Part shown: positions 9,310 through 20,149 of the stretch, piece by piece
Position numbering within the stretch: the first letter of the stretch is position 1
Layout of the letters: every line of letters starts with the position of its first letter
Assembly: GCA_963696155.1 (NCBI GenBank)
Contig: CAVOJC010000003.1
Location: 250,970-314,969 of the forward strand
From: an uncultured Gammaproteobacteria bacterium
Lineage (GTDB): Bacteria > Pseudomonadota > Gammaproteobacteria > Xanthomonadales > Xanthomonadaceae
Length of the DNA: 64,000 nt
Reading direction: 5' to 3'
Position numbers and translations under genes: made by a program
Notes under the pieces: generated by a model
What the model was told of the DNA's origin: nothing
Databases searched by the model: none
What the model saw: the letters and a program-made list of their open reading frames with translations, nothing else

Positions 9310-11037
9310 TCAGGCCAGTCGCAGCTCCCGCGGATAGGGCGGCGTATCCACGCCTTCGCCGCGCCGGAAACCGGCCTGCAGCTGTGTCCACCAGTCCGGA
9401 TCAAACAACACCTCGTATTTCTCGCGGACCAGCTCGAGCAACGGCGCCGGCAAGCCCATAAACGACGGGAAGCGTTCGGGAAAGACATCATTGTCGGCGA
9501 CATGGAACCAGGGCTCGGCCGACATCGCCTCCTCCTCGTTGCGGGGCGCCGGCCAATCGCGGAAGTTGCATTCGGTCACCAGGCACAGCTCGTCGTAGTC
9601 GTAGAACACCGCGCGCCCATGGCGCGATACCCCGAAGTTCTTCAACAACATATCGCCCGGAAAAATATTGTTGCAGGCCATGTCCTGGATCGCCTGCGCG
9701 TAGTCCAGCGCCGCCGCTCGCGCGCCGGCAGGTCCCTGCTCGCGCAGGTACAGATTCAACGGCCGGAAACGCCGCTGCACGTAGCACAGGCCGATAACCA
9801 CCTCCTCTCCGTCCAGCTGCACGCTCAGGCTGCAGCCTTCCAGCAGCTCCTTCAGCAACGCCGGCGCGAAACGGTTGGCGGGAAAGCGCAGGTGGCGATA
9901 GGGCTGCGCGTCGAGCAGGCGGCCAATGCGGTCGAGGTGGAACACGAGATCGTACTTGTCTTCCACCATCTGCCGCGTCATGGTTTTGGGCCAGGCGAAC
10001 CGGTCGCGGATCAGCTTGAACACCAGCGGATAGCTGGGCAACGTGAACACCGACATCACCATGCCCGGCGTGCCGTCGGCATGCACCAGTTGTTCGCTGT
10101 CCTGCCGCTGGAAGTGGCTGAAGAAAGTACGGTAACGCTCGGTCTTGCCCTGCTTGGCGCGCCCGAGCACGGTGTAGAGCTCATCCACCGGCTTGCCCGG
10201 CAGCAGGCTGCGCAGGAACACCACCGCATCGCCCACCGTGGGCAGATCGGCCTGGAAGTAACTGCGCGAGACGCCAAACAGATGCGCCACATCGCGGCGG
10301 GCGGTCAGCACCGCCTCGGCACGCAGACCGTCGCCGTCATTCACCAGCGCGATCACGCAGGGCGAGAAGCGGTGTTCGCCAAACACGCGCCCGACCAGAT
10401 AGGCACGGCGTTCGCGATAGAACACGGTTTCCAGCAATTCAATGCTGCGCACGGGATTGGCGCCCCAGTGCGCGAGATCGTCCTGCAGGCGCACCGCGAT
10501 GGCAGCTGCGCACCGCAACTGGTGCGTATAGGCAATATCGAAGCGATAGTCGCCCAGCATCCGCATGAAGGCGTCTGCCGGGTGCGTCTCTGAAACGGCA
10601 TAGGTGTGGCGCGCCACCGGATGGGTGATGGCATCGGACGGCTCGATCTCCAGCGCCATGAATTCGATTTCATCGTCAACGCCGTGCGCACCGGACAGAC
10701 GGCGCGTCACGGTGTTGTAGAAGGTCTTGTACAGCTCACAGTCGATCAGGCCATCGAGCAGGCCGGCATAGTGCGACTTCACCCCGCGCCACAGTCTCCG
10801 GTCGAACTCGCATGCGGTAGCCATTTCCCGCAGTGCGGCCATGCATTCGGTGATGCAGAGATCGTAGAGCTCGATCCGCTCTACGGCATCGGCGCGCGCG
10901 CCTGCCCAGTCACGCTGTTCGAAACGGCCCCGGGCGCGCTCGGTGATGCGTGAAAAGCGCGCATGGTAGTCCTCGAATCCGTCGCGGATACAGCACGCGA
11001 CCGCGCTGGCGGACAGCAGTTCGCACGAGGCACTCAC
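9310..11037 (-). CDS. aceK: Isocitrate dehydrogenase kinase/phosphatase
   Basis: [45 protein letters not shown] motifs. Confidence 0.96.
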   Translation of the reverse strand: MSASCELLSASAVACCIRDGFEDYHARFSRITERARGRFEQRDWAGARADAVERIELYDLCITECMAALREMATACEFDRRLWRGVKSHYAGLLDGLIDCELYKTFYNTVTRRLSGAHGVDDEIEFMALEIEPSDAITHPVARHTYAVSETHPADAFMRMLGDYRFDIAYTHQLRCAAAIAVRLQDDLAHWGANPVRSIELLETVFYRERRAYLVGRVFGEHRFSPCVIALVNDGDGLRAEAVLTARRDVAHLFGVSRSYFQADLPTVGDAVVFLRSLLPGKPVDELYTVLGRAKQGKTERYRTFFSHFQRQDSEQLVHADGTPGMVMSVFTLPSYPLVFKLIRDRFAWPKTMTRQMVEDKYDLVFHLDRIGRLLDAQPYRHLRFPANRFAPALLKELLEGCSLSVQLDGEEVVIGLCYVQRRFRPLNLYLREQGPAGARAAALDYAQAIQDMACNNIFPGDMLLKNFGVSRHGRAVFYDYDELCLVTECNFRDWPAPRNEEEAMSAEPWFHVADNDVFPERFPSFMGLPAPLLELVREKYEVLFDPDWWTQLQAGFRRGEGVDTPPYPRELRLA

Positions 11038-11159
11038 CGCACCACCGCAGGCGCGTACCGCAGGAATGCATCAATGGTCCGGCGGAAAAGTGGAGGCATG
11101 GTCGATGGCACTGGGGGCACCGCGCCAACATACGACAGCGGGCGCGCGGATGCATCCAT
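11034..11159 (-). CDS. Small 41-aa ORF upstream of aceK ([41 protein letters not shown])
   Basis: AAGGAG lies 8 nt upstream of ATG 11159, and the TGA stop overlaps the aceK GTG (GTGA). The ORF is below the ORF-track length cut-off. Confidence 0.55.
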   Translation of the reverse strand: MDASARPLSYVGAVPPVPSTMPPLFRRTIDAFLRYAPAVVR

Positions 11160-11236
11160 ACAAGGCACTCCTTGTCCCCCACATCAAGCGCGGCATTGCC
11201 ACTACCTGCAACGGTGCCTGCCGGTCCGTCGCGCAC

Positions 11237-11264
11237 AAAAAAGCCCGCATCAGCGGATGCGGGC
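11237..11264 (-). terminator. Intrinsic terminator of icd
   Basis: Minus strand GCCCGCATC-CGCT-GATGCGGGC-TTTTTT. A second 11-bp hairpin lies at 11271-11302. Confidence 0.85.
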
Positions 11265-11322
11265 CTCCAGGCATGGGTTGCGCACCAGGGGGCAACCCAT
11301 GCGACCGGTTTTCAGGTCCTGC

Positions 11323-13656
<2,334 letters not shown>

Positions 13657-13893
13657 TCAATCCCGGCAGGACCGTCGGTTGCGGAGTCAGCCTCATTGTC
13701 GCGTTTTCGGCCCATCTGAGCAAAGCAGCCCATACGCCAACGTACTGCCCAGCGCACATGTCGCCTCTGTTTTATGTCCGCCGCCTGCACCACCGTGCAC
13801 GGCACCTGCGCACGCCTGATGGCTGCGCCGCCGGTCACCAATAGCAATCAGGAAAGCCGTGCGAGGCGCGCACCGAGGCTGGAGCAAAAAAAA

Positions 13894-15203
13894 GGTTCAT
13901 CTCCCAACTCCGGGGAAGGCCGCACGGATCTTGAGGAAGAAGTAGGCGTCATCGCGGTAACCGTAGGCGATGCGCTTGATGACCTTGATGCGGTTGTTGA
14001 TGCCTTCGACCAAGCCGGTGTGCATGGGCCAGCGCACCCGGCTGAGGATGCCGCGCCAATAAGGCTGCAGGCATTTGGCGAAGTGCATCAGGGCGGGGAT
14101 ACCGCTCTGCCGGGCGTGGCGCAGCCACTGGGTCCAGGCACTGCGCCAGGCCCAGGCCGAGGGTGCAGTCCACAGTGCCTTGAGTTGTTCCTTCATCACA
14201 TAGACCGCCATCAACGACTGGTTCGCCTCCAGCACCTCGGCCAGCCGCACCTGCTCGCGGTCTTTCAGGTTCGCCGGGTTGCGCAGCAACAGCCAGTGCG
14301 CGCGCTTGACCACCCGGCGCGCCGGCTTGTCGTGCCGCAGCTGGTTGGCGGCATCCACCCGCACCCGGCTCACCACCTCGCGCCCGTACTTGGCGATCAC
14401 GTGGAACAGGTCGTAGACCACCCGTGCGTTCGGGCAATACCGGCGCACCTCCAGGTCGTAGGCCGTGTTCATGTCCATCGCCACGGCTTGGACCTGCGCG
14501 CAGCGCTGCGGCCCAAGCAGTTCGAAGAACGGTCGCACCTCGGCCCGCGAGCGGCCACGGCCCACCCACAGCACTCGCTTGCGCTCCACGTCGACCACCA
14601 CGGTGGCGTAGCGATGACCCTTCTGGATCGCGAATTCGTCCATGGCGATCCGCCGCACGCCATCCAGATCGACCGGACCCACGCGACGCTCCAGCGCCCG
14701 GAAATCGATCGCCTTGGCGGTCTTCCAGTCGATGCCGTGCCAGCGGGCAGCATGCCGCACCGAGGTCGCTGCACACAATCGGACCACGCTCTGGGCCAGT
14801 CGCCGGGTCACCCGCGCATGCGGGTCCAGCCAGTCCAACTGCTCCAGCCGCGGACCGCAACGCGGGCAGGCCAGCCGCAGCCGCTCGATCTCCAGCTCCA
14901 CCGGATCCTCAAACACCGGCAGGTCGCGGATCCGCCGGACCGTGCGGTCATGGATCGCGGCGACCGCTTCGCCGCAGCCGCTGCAGCGGCGAACATGGCC
15001 AGGCACCGGCGTCAGTTCCAGCACCAGCCAGCGACGCTCCCCGCGTTGCTCGTGCCGCCAGTCTTCAACCCGATACCCCACCCAACCACCCAGCTGGGCC
15101 ATACAATCCCCGTCGGCCACGGCCGACCCCCCGGTTTGTTGTCTCGACAACTACAAACTAACCGGGTCGGCCGTGCGCCCCTCCCTCAATTGGGAGAAGA
15201 ACC
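13894..15203 (-). mobile_element. ISL3-family insertion sequence, 1310 bp, with 8-bp target duplication (AAAAAAAA)
   Basis: Terminal inverted repeats GGTTCATCTCCCAACT and GGTTCTTCTCCCAATT (14/16 identical). A8 at 13886-13893 and at 15204-15211. Single transposase ORF. Confidence 0.95.
13897..15150 (-). CDS. ISL3-family transposase
   Basis: Zn-finger CSGC...CPRC, then IAMDEFA, AMDM, YDLFH and EGINNRIK..KR.AYG motifs. The exact start is uncertain. Confidence 0.95.
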   Translation of the reverse strand: MSRQQTGGSAVADGDCMAQLGGWVGYRVEDWRHEQRGERRWLVLELTPVPGHVRRCSGCGEAVAAIHDRTVRRIRDLPVFEDPVELEIERLRLACPRCGPRLEQLDWLDPHARVTRRLAQSVVRLCAATSVRHAARWHGIDWKTAKAIDFRALERRVGPVDLDGVRRIAMDEFAIQKGHRYATVVVDVERKRVLWVGRGRSRAEVRPFFELLGPQRCAQVQAVAMDMNTAYDLEVRRYCPNARVVYDLFHVIAKYGREVVSRVRVDAANQLRHDKPARRVVKRAHWLLLRNPANLKDREQVRLAEVLEANQSLMAVYVMKEQLKALWTAPSAWAWRSAWTQWLRHARQSGIPALMHFAKCLQPYWRGILSRVRWPMHTGLVEGINNRIKVIKRIAYGYRDDAYFFLKIRAAFPGVGR

Positions 15204-15233
15204 AAAAAAAAGGCGCAGCCTGAGCTGCGCCTT
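15204..15233 (-). terminator. Intrinsic terminator of the LysM-lipoprotein unit (IS target site)
   Basis: Minus strand AGGCGCAGC-TCAG-GCTGCGCCT followed by a T-run that abuts the IS end. Confidence 0.85.
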
Positions 15234-15277
15234 GCAATCCAGCTACCGGGAGAGAGACGGCAGCCAGATGTCCGGGT

Positions 15278-15778
15278 TCACTTCACCTCGAACTCGTGTG
15301 GCGTGCCCACGCTCTTGCCGTCGACCATCACCTCGGCGCGGTACTTGCCGGCCGGCCATGCCTTGGCATTGCTGAACTCGATGTTGGTGGTTTCCGCACC
15401 GGTAGTATTGAGGTGCGCGCTCTGCTCACCCACCACCTGGCCGTCCTGATAGGTCAGCTTGGCGGCGACGTTGGCATTGGTGGCCGCGCCGTCGGTTCTC
15501 ACTGAGACGATGATCTTGTCCTTGGGGCCAAGCATGGCCATCGGCGCGACCGACTTGTCGGCGGCGGCCATGTTGCCCACCGTCACCGAGCTCACCGTGA
15601 CCGCAGCCGGCATGGCATCGTGCATCGGCTCATTCATCGGGGCCGGCGCCGGTGCCGGAGCAGCGGCCGGAGGCGGCATGGTGTCCACTACCGTCTCGTC
15701 CTTTTTCTTGCAGCCGGCCAACGCCACCACACCGGCCAACGCGATTACCAGCGCACTGCTTACTGAGGTCTTTTTCAT
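15278..15778 (-). CDS. Hypothetical lipoprotein, Pro/Ala/Met-rich linker plus beta-rich C-terminal domain
   Basis: Lipobox LAGC at Cys23. GGAGG upstream of the start. Confidence 0.8.
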   Translation of the reverse strand: MKKTSVSSALVIALAGVVALAGCKKKDETVVDTMPPPAAAPAPAPAPMNEPMHDAMPAAVTVSSVTVGNMAAADKSVAPMAMLGPKDKIIVSVRTDGAATNANVAAKLTYQDGQVVGEQSAHLNTTGAETTNIEFSNAKAWPAGKYRAEVMVDGKSVGTPHEFEVK

Positions 15779-15817
15779 GGTTGTTCCTCCCGGAACGGTA
15801 TTGAGGAAAGGGTCAGG

Positions 15818-16120
15818 TCAGGCTTGACGCGGCGGCAGGCGCAGCGTTTGTCCCGGAAATATCTTGTCCGGATCCTCCAGCACGTCGCGATTGGCTTCAA
15901 AAATCGATTTCCACGCATTGGCGTCGCCCAGATGCTGTTTGGCGATCTTCGACAACGAATCGCCCTTCTGAACGGTGTACTGCTGCTCGCCCACCATTTC
16001 GGCAGTGCTGTCCACGCGGGCACTCACACCGGAGAAGTCCGCTTTCGGCGTGACCTCCGCCGTGCTGTCCACCTTGGCGGTGACACCGGAAAAATCGGCT
16101 TTGTTTTCAGTGCTGCTCAT
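15818..16120 (-). CDS. Small LysM domain protein
   Basis: YTVQKGDSLSKIAK..LGDANAWKSIFEANRDVLEDPDKIFPGQTLRLP. AGGAGG upstream. Two N-terminal 19-aa repeats. Confidence 0.9.
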   Translation of the reverse strand: MSSTENKADFSGVTAKVDSTAEVTPKADFSGVSARVDSTAEMVGEQQYTVQKGDSLSKIAKQHLGDANAWKSIFEANRDVLEDPDKIFPGQTLRLPPRQA

Positions 16121-16218
16121 CCAAGTCGCTCCTCCTTGACTGGCCGCCAAGGTCGCATAGCGCTTGTTAACGAGGCATCTCGCCGGCGTGAAGCCGGCGC
16201 CGCCATTCAGCAGGGGGA

Positions 16219-17037
16219 TTACTGGCGCAGATCACGCAGTGCGGCCGGCCCGTCACCCAGATCCGGCGTTGCCCGCCGCGGATTGATGTCCAGGCCACCG
16301 CGGCGGGTGTAGCGCGCTTCGACCAGCAATGACTGCGCGTGGCAACAATGCATCACGTCCAGGAAAATGCGCTCCACGCATTGCTCGTGGAACTCGGCAT
16401 GATCTCTGTAGCTCACGAGGTAGCGCAGCAGGCCCTCGCGATCGATGCGTGGCCCGCGGTAATGGATGCTGACACTGGCCCAGTCCGGCTGACCGGTCAC
16501 CGGACAGTTGGATTTGAGCAACGCCGACACCAGTGTTTCAGTCACGACCACGTCCGCGTCGGCAAGCAGAAACCCCGCCTGTGGCGGGCCGTAGCAGTCG
16601 ATGTCCACATCCAGCAGATCGATGTTCTCACCCTCCACCCAGCCATCGATCGGCGGCACACCGAACTGCACCTGCACATCGGCACCGGCACGCGCGGACA
16701 GGTCCAGCGCGATACGCTCGCGCACCGCATCGGGACGGTTGAAGCGCACCGCATTGAGCGAGTTCAGGTAGAGCTTGAGCGACTTGGACTCGATCAGGTT
16801 CGGGGAATCGCAGGGCACGCGCAGCGTCGCCGTGGCAACGCAGGGCTTGCCGCGTGCATCCAACCAGCCCAGTTCATAGGCATGCCAGCGGTCGTGGCCG
16901 ACGAACGGCAACCGGGCACCGTCGATGCCGATCTCCTCGCGCGCGGCCAGGCGGGGAATCGGGAAGAGCAGGCCGGCGTCGTAGTGGGCGGGGTAAACAA
17001 CCTCACGGCCCAGGCTGGAATTTTCGGGTGTATTCAT
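16219..17037 (-). CDS. queF: NADPH-dependent 7-cyano-7-deazaguanine reductase QueF (type II)
   Basis: [34 protein letters not shown] and [11 protein letters not shown] motifs. Confidence 0.96.
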   Translation of the reverse strand: MNTPENSSLGREVVYPAHYDAGLLFPIPRLAAREEIGIDGARLPFVGHDRWHAYELGWLDARGKPCVATATLRVPCDSPNLIESKSLKLYLNSLNAVRFNRPDAVRERIALDLSARAGADVQVQFGVPPIDGWVEGENIDLLDVDIDCYGPPQAGFLLADADVVVTETLVSALLKSNCPVTGQPDWASVSIHYRGPRIDREGLLRYLVSYRDHAEFHEQCVERIFLDVMHCCHAQSLLVEARYTRRGGLDINPRRATPDLGDGPAALRDLRQ

Positions 17038-17286
17038 GCGCCGGATTGTAATGACTGCTGCTTGACCCCCGGCTATATGGAGCGGGCGGAAAGCAAGCCG
17101 CCTCCGCCGCTCGTCGTAGCCAGGTGGCGGTGTTGCCGGCCGATGCGCTGGCGGCTTCGCGCACCGGCGCGCCCGTCTGGCGGAGGCCGGCTTGGGCGAT
17201 GCCGCGGCATTGGCTCCAGCCGGCCGCCGGATAGAACACCCCTGCACCACCGCCGAGGCCCGCGCGAAGGCCGGTTCGCGACTGCA

Positions 17287-18624
17287 TCAGTGCGCGCTGA
17301 CCGCCGTACCGGAGTTGCCGTGCAGGTAATCCAGCGACACTTGCAGCAGCGCCCGCAGGCCTACGTCCAGTGCCTTCTCATCGAGCAGGAAACGCGGCGA
17401 ATGGTTGCTGGGCGCGGTCGCCGGGTCGATGCCGGCAGCGGTGGAGCCAACAAAGAAGAACATCGACGGCACTTCCAGCGCATACAGCGAGAAGTCCTCC
17501 GAACCCATCTGCAGCGGCGGCTCGTAGACGTTGTCCTTGCCGACCACCGCCTGCAGGCTGGGCAGCATGCGCGCGGTCAGGGCCGGATCATTGACCGTGG
17601 CCGGGTTGCCGTCATTTTGGTAGATCTCGGTTCTGGCGCTCGCGCCATGGGCGGCGGCGGTGTGTTCGGCGACGTTGCGCAGGTCGTTGAAGATCTGCGT
17701 GCGCATGGCCGGGTCGAAAGTGCGGATGGTGCCGACCATTTCCACGTCGTCGGGAATGATGTTGTAACGGATGCCGCCCTTGATCGCACCGAAGGTGACC
17801 ACCGCCGGCAGTTTGGCGATGTTGGTGCGGCGGCTGACGATGGTCTGCGCGGTGCCGATCAGATCGGCGGTGGCCACGATCGGGTCCACGCCGTTCCAGG
17901 GCGCCGAGCCATGGGTCTGGCGGCCGGTGACGGTGATGCCGAAGCGGTCAGAAGCCGCCATCAGCGGCCCGCTCCGTACCGCGATCTTGCCCGCCTGCAC
18001 CGTCGAGAACACATGCAGCCCGAACACCGCCTCGGGCTTGAAGTCCCTGAACAGGCCCTGCTTGAGCATCAGCGCAGCACCGCCTTCTTCGGGTGGCGGC
18101 GCGCCTTCCTCGGCCGGCTGGAAGATCAGCATCACCTCGCCGGGCAGGCTGTCACGCATCGCCACCAGCGTGTCCGCGACCCCCAGCAGCATGGCGGTAT
18201 GCGCATCGTGGCCGCAGGCGTGCATCACCCCGACCTTCTCGCCGCGGTATTCGGCCGTCGCCGTGGAGGCGAACGGCAGGCCGGTCTGTTCGGTCACCGG
18301 CAAGGCGTCCATATCCGCGCGCAGGGCGATCTTCGGCCCCGGCTGGCCGCCCTTGATGACGGCGACCACGCCATGCCGCGCCACCCCGGTCTTCGGCTCC
18401 AGGCCCAATGCACGCAGGTGTTCGGCGACCTTGGCCGAGGTGCGTTCCTCGCGGTTGGAGAGCTCGGGGTGGGCGTGGAAATCGCGACGCCACTCCACCA
18501 CCCGGCCCTGCAGGCGTGCGGCGGCGGCAGCCACTTCAGGCCGTTGCGCGCTGGCCGGCGCGGCGCTTGCCAGCGGTGACAGGGTGCACAGCAGGGCGGA
18601 AAACAGCACGGTCTTGCCGGTCAT
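17287..18624 (-). CDS. M20D-family amidohydrolase with signal peptide
   Basis: HPELS, RADMDAL, MHACGHD, FQPAEEG, EDFS and NHSP motifs. Confidence 0.9.
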   Translation of the reverse strand: MTGKTVLFSALLCTLSPLASAAPASAQRPEVAAAAARLQGRVVEWRRDFHAHPELSNREERTSAKVAEHLRALGLEPKTGVARHGVVAVIKGGQPGPKIALRADMDALPVTEQTGLPFASTATAEYRGEKVGVMHACGHDAHTAMLLGVADTLVAMRDSLPGEVMLIFQPAEEGAPPPEEGGAALMLKQGLFRDFKPEAVFGLHVFSTVQAGKIAVRSGPLMAASDRFGITVTGRQTHGSAPWNGVDPIVATADLIGTAQTIVSRRTNIAKLPAVVTFGAIKGGIRYNIIPDDVEMVGTIRTFDPAMRTQIFNDLRNVAEHTAAAHGASARTEIYQNDGNPATVNDPALTARMLPSLQAVVGKDNVYEPPLQMGSEDFSLYALEVPSMFFFVGSTAAGIDPATAPSNHSPRFLLDEKALDVGLRALLQVSLDYLHGNSGTAVSAH

Positions 18625-18842
18625 GGGAACTCCATCGTGTCGTGACGGCTTTCGAATGTAGGGCATAAGCGCGGAGCGGTGGAGCGGGTCACCGCTCGCC
18701 AGACGCCCGCGCCGGCAATTGCGGCGGCCTGCGCCGCAGCAGCCCCCATCCGTCGTCGATAAGATGCGCATGGCCGGCGAGTATCCTCTAGCGCTTGCCA
18801 GCCGGGCGCAGTCTGCGCTTGCCCACCCTCAGGAGTTGTTGC

Positions 18843-20078
18843 ATGTCGCGTTTCTGGAAGATTGCACTGGTTGTTGTCGCGGCAATCGTCATGGTTGGCA
18901 TCGGCATCCGGGTATTGGGCGGCAAGCCGTCCGGCGGCAACGGCGCGCCCACCGGCCGCGAAGAGTCTGCCAAGGATCCGGTGCCGGTGACCGTGGTGCC
19001 CGCCAGCCAGCAGGACGTGCCGGTGTATGTCAGCGCGCTGGGAACGGTGTCGGCCCTGAATACCGTCACCGTCAGCCCCCAGGTCGGCGGACAGCTGATG
19101 AGCATCCATTTCCGTGAAGGCCAGGAAGTGAAGAAGGGCGAGCTGCTGGCGCAGATCGATCCGCGCTCGCTGCAGGCCGCCTACGACCAGGCCGCGGCCG
19201 CCCGGCAGCAGAACCAGGCGCAGCTGGCCACTGCACGCGCCAACTACCAGCGCTCCAATTCGCCGGAGTATCGCCAGTACGTGTCCCGCACCGATCTGGA
19301 TACCCAGCGCAACCAGGTGGCGCAATACGAAAGCGCGGTCGCCGCCAACGATGCCAGCATGCGCGCCGCGCAGGTGCAGCTGCAGTACGCCCGCGTCACC
19401 GCGCCGATCTCCGGCATTGCCGGCATCCGCAACGTGGATGCCGGCAATGTCGTCAGCGCGGGCACCAGCCTGGTCACCCTGACCGAGATCCATCCGATCC
19501 ATGTGCTGTTCAACCTGCCCGAGCGAGAGCTGCAGGACGTTCGCCAGGCGCAAGCCATCCATCCGCTGGAGGTGGCCGCCCTGGATCGCGGCGATTCGCA
19601 CGTGATCGCCGGTGGCGGCCAGCTGGAGGTGATCGACAACCAGATCAGCAGTGACACCGGCACCTTCCGTGCCCGCGCCCGTTTCGACAATGCCGACAAC
19701 AGCCTGTGGCCCGGCCAGTTCGTCAATGTGCGGATGAAGCTGCGCACCATCGGTGGCGGCGTGGTGGTACCGGCGCAGGCGGTCCAGCGCGGCCCGGATG
19801 GCGACTACGTCTATGTGGTCCAGGCCGACAGCACGGTACAGATGCGCACCGTGGTGCAGGGCGTGGAAGTGGACGACAGCAATGTGCAGATCACCAGCGG
19901 CCTGAAAGCCGGGGACCAGGTGGTCACCGAAGGCCAGTTCCGGCTCAAGCCCGGCAGCAAGGTCAATGCACTGAAGCCGGGCCAGACGCCGGCGCCGCCG
20001 ACCGAGGAAGAGCTCAAGGCTGCGCAGCAGAAGAAGAAAGGCAACGGCAACCGCCGTCCCGGTGGCGGGCCGCGCTGA
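18843..20078 (+). CDS. mdtA: RND efflux membrane fusion protein, MdtA-like
   Basis: N-terminal TM segment, VTAPISG and LWPGQFVNV motifs. First gene of an MFP plus two-RND unit. Confidence 0.85.
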   Translation: MSRFWKIALVVVAAIVMVGIGIRVLGGKPSGGNGAPTGREESAKDPVPVTVVPASQQDVPVYVSALGTVSALNTVTVSPQVGGQLMSIHFREGQEVKKGELLAQIDPRSLQAAYDQAAAARQQNQAQLATARANYQRSNSPEYRQYVSRTDLDTQRNQVAQYESAVAANDASMRAAQVQLQYARVTAPISGIAGIRNVDAGNVVSAGTSLVTLTEIHPIHVLFNLPERELQDVRQAQAIHPLEVAALDRGDSHVIAGGGQLEVIDNQISSDTGTFRARARFDNADNSLWPGQFVNVRMKLRTIGGGVVVPAQAVQRGPDGDYVYVVQADSTVQMRTVVQGVEVDDSNVQITSGLKAGDQVVTEGQFRLKPGSKVNALKPGQTPAPPTEEELKAAQQKKKGNGNRRPGGGPR

Positions 20079-20149
20079 GCGCACCGCCCTTCCTCGTGGG
20101 GCCGGTCCGGTAGGCCGGCACCGGCACCGCTTCCAGCAAGGATCCGCCC

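Noticed and set aside
9254-9391. N-terminal extensions given by the ORF track (tonB-like, ftsE, icd, queF, folB, SURF1, serine hydrolase and others)
   Set aside because: They overlap neighbouring genes or promoters. Downstream starts with an RBS or signal peptide fit better and were used instead.
17040-17280. Possible preQ1 riboswitch upstream of queF
   Set aside because: No preQ1-I stem-loop with an A-rich tail is visible, and the geometry instead suggests a leaderless gene.
17003-17287. 94-aa ORF starting with a TGATG overlap at the amidohydrolase stop
   Set aside because: It has low-complexity GC-driven composition, runs out of frame into queF, and overlaps the apparent queF promoter. 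It cannot be supported without conservation data.
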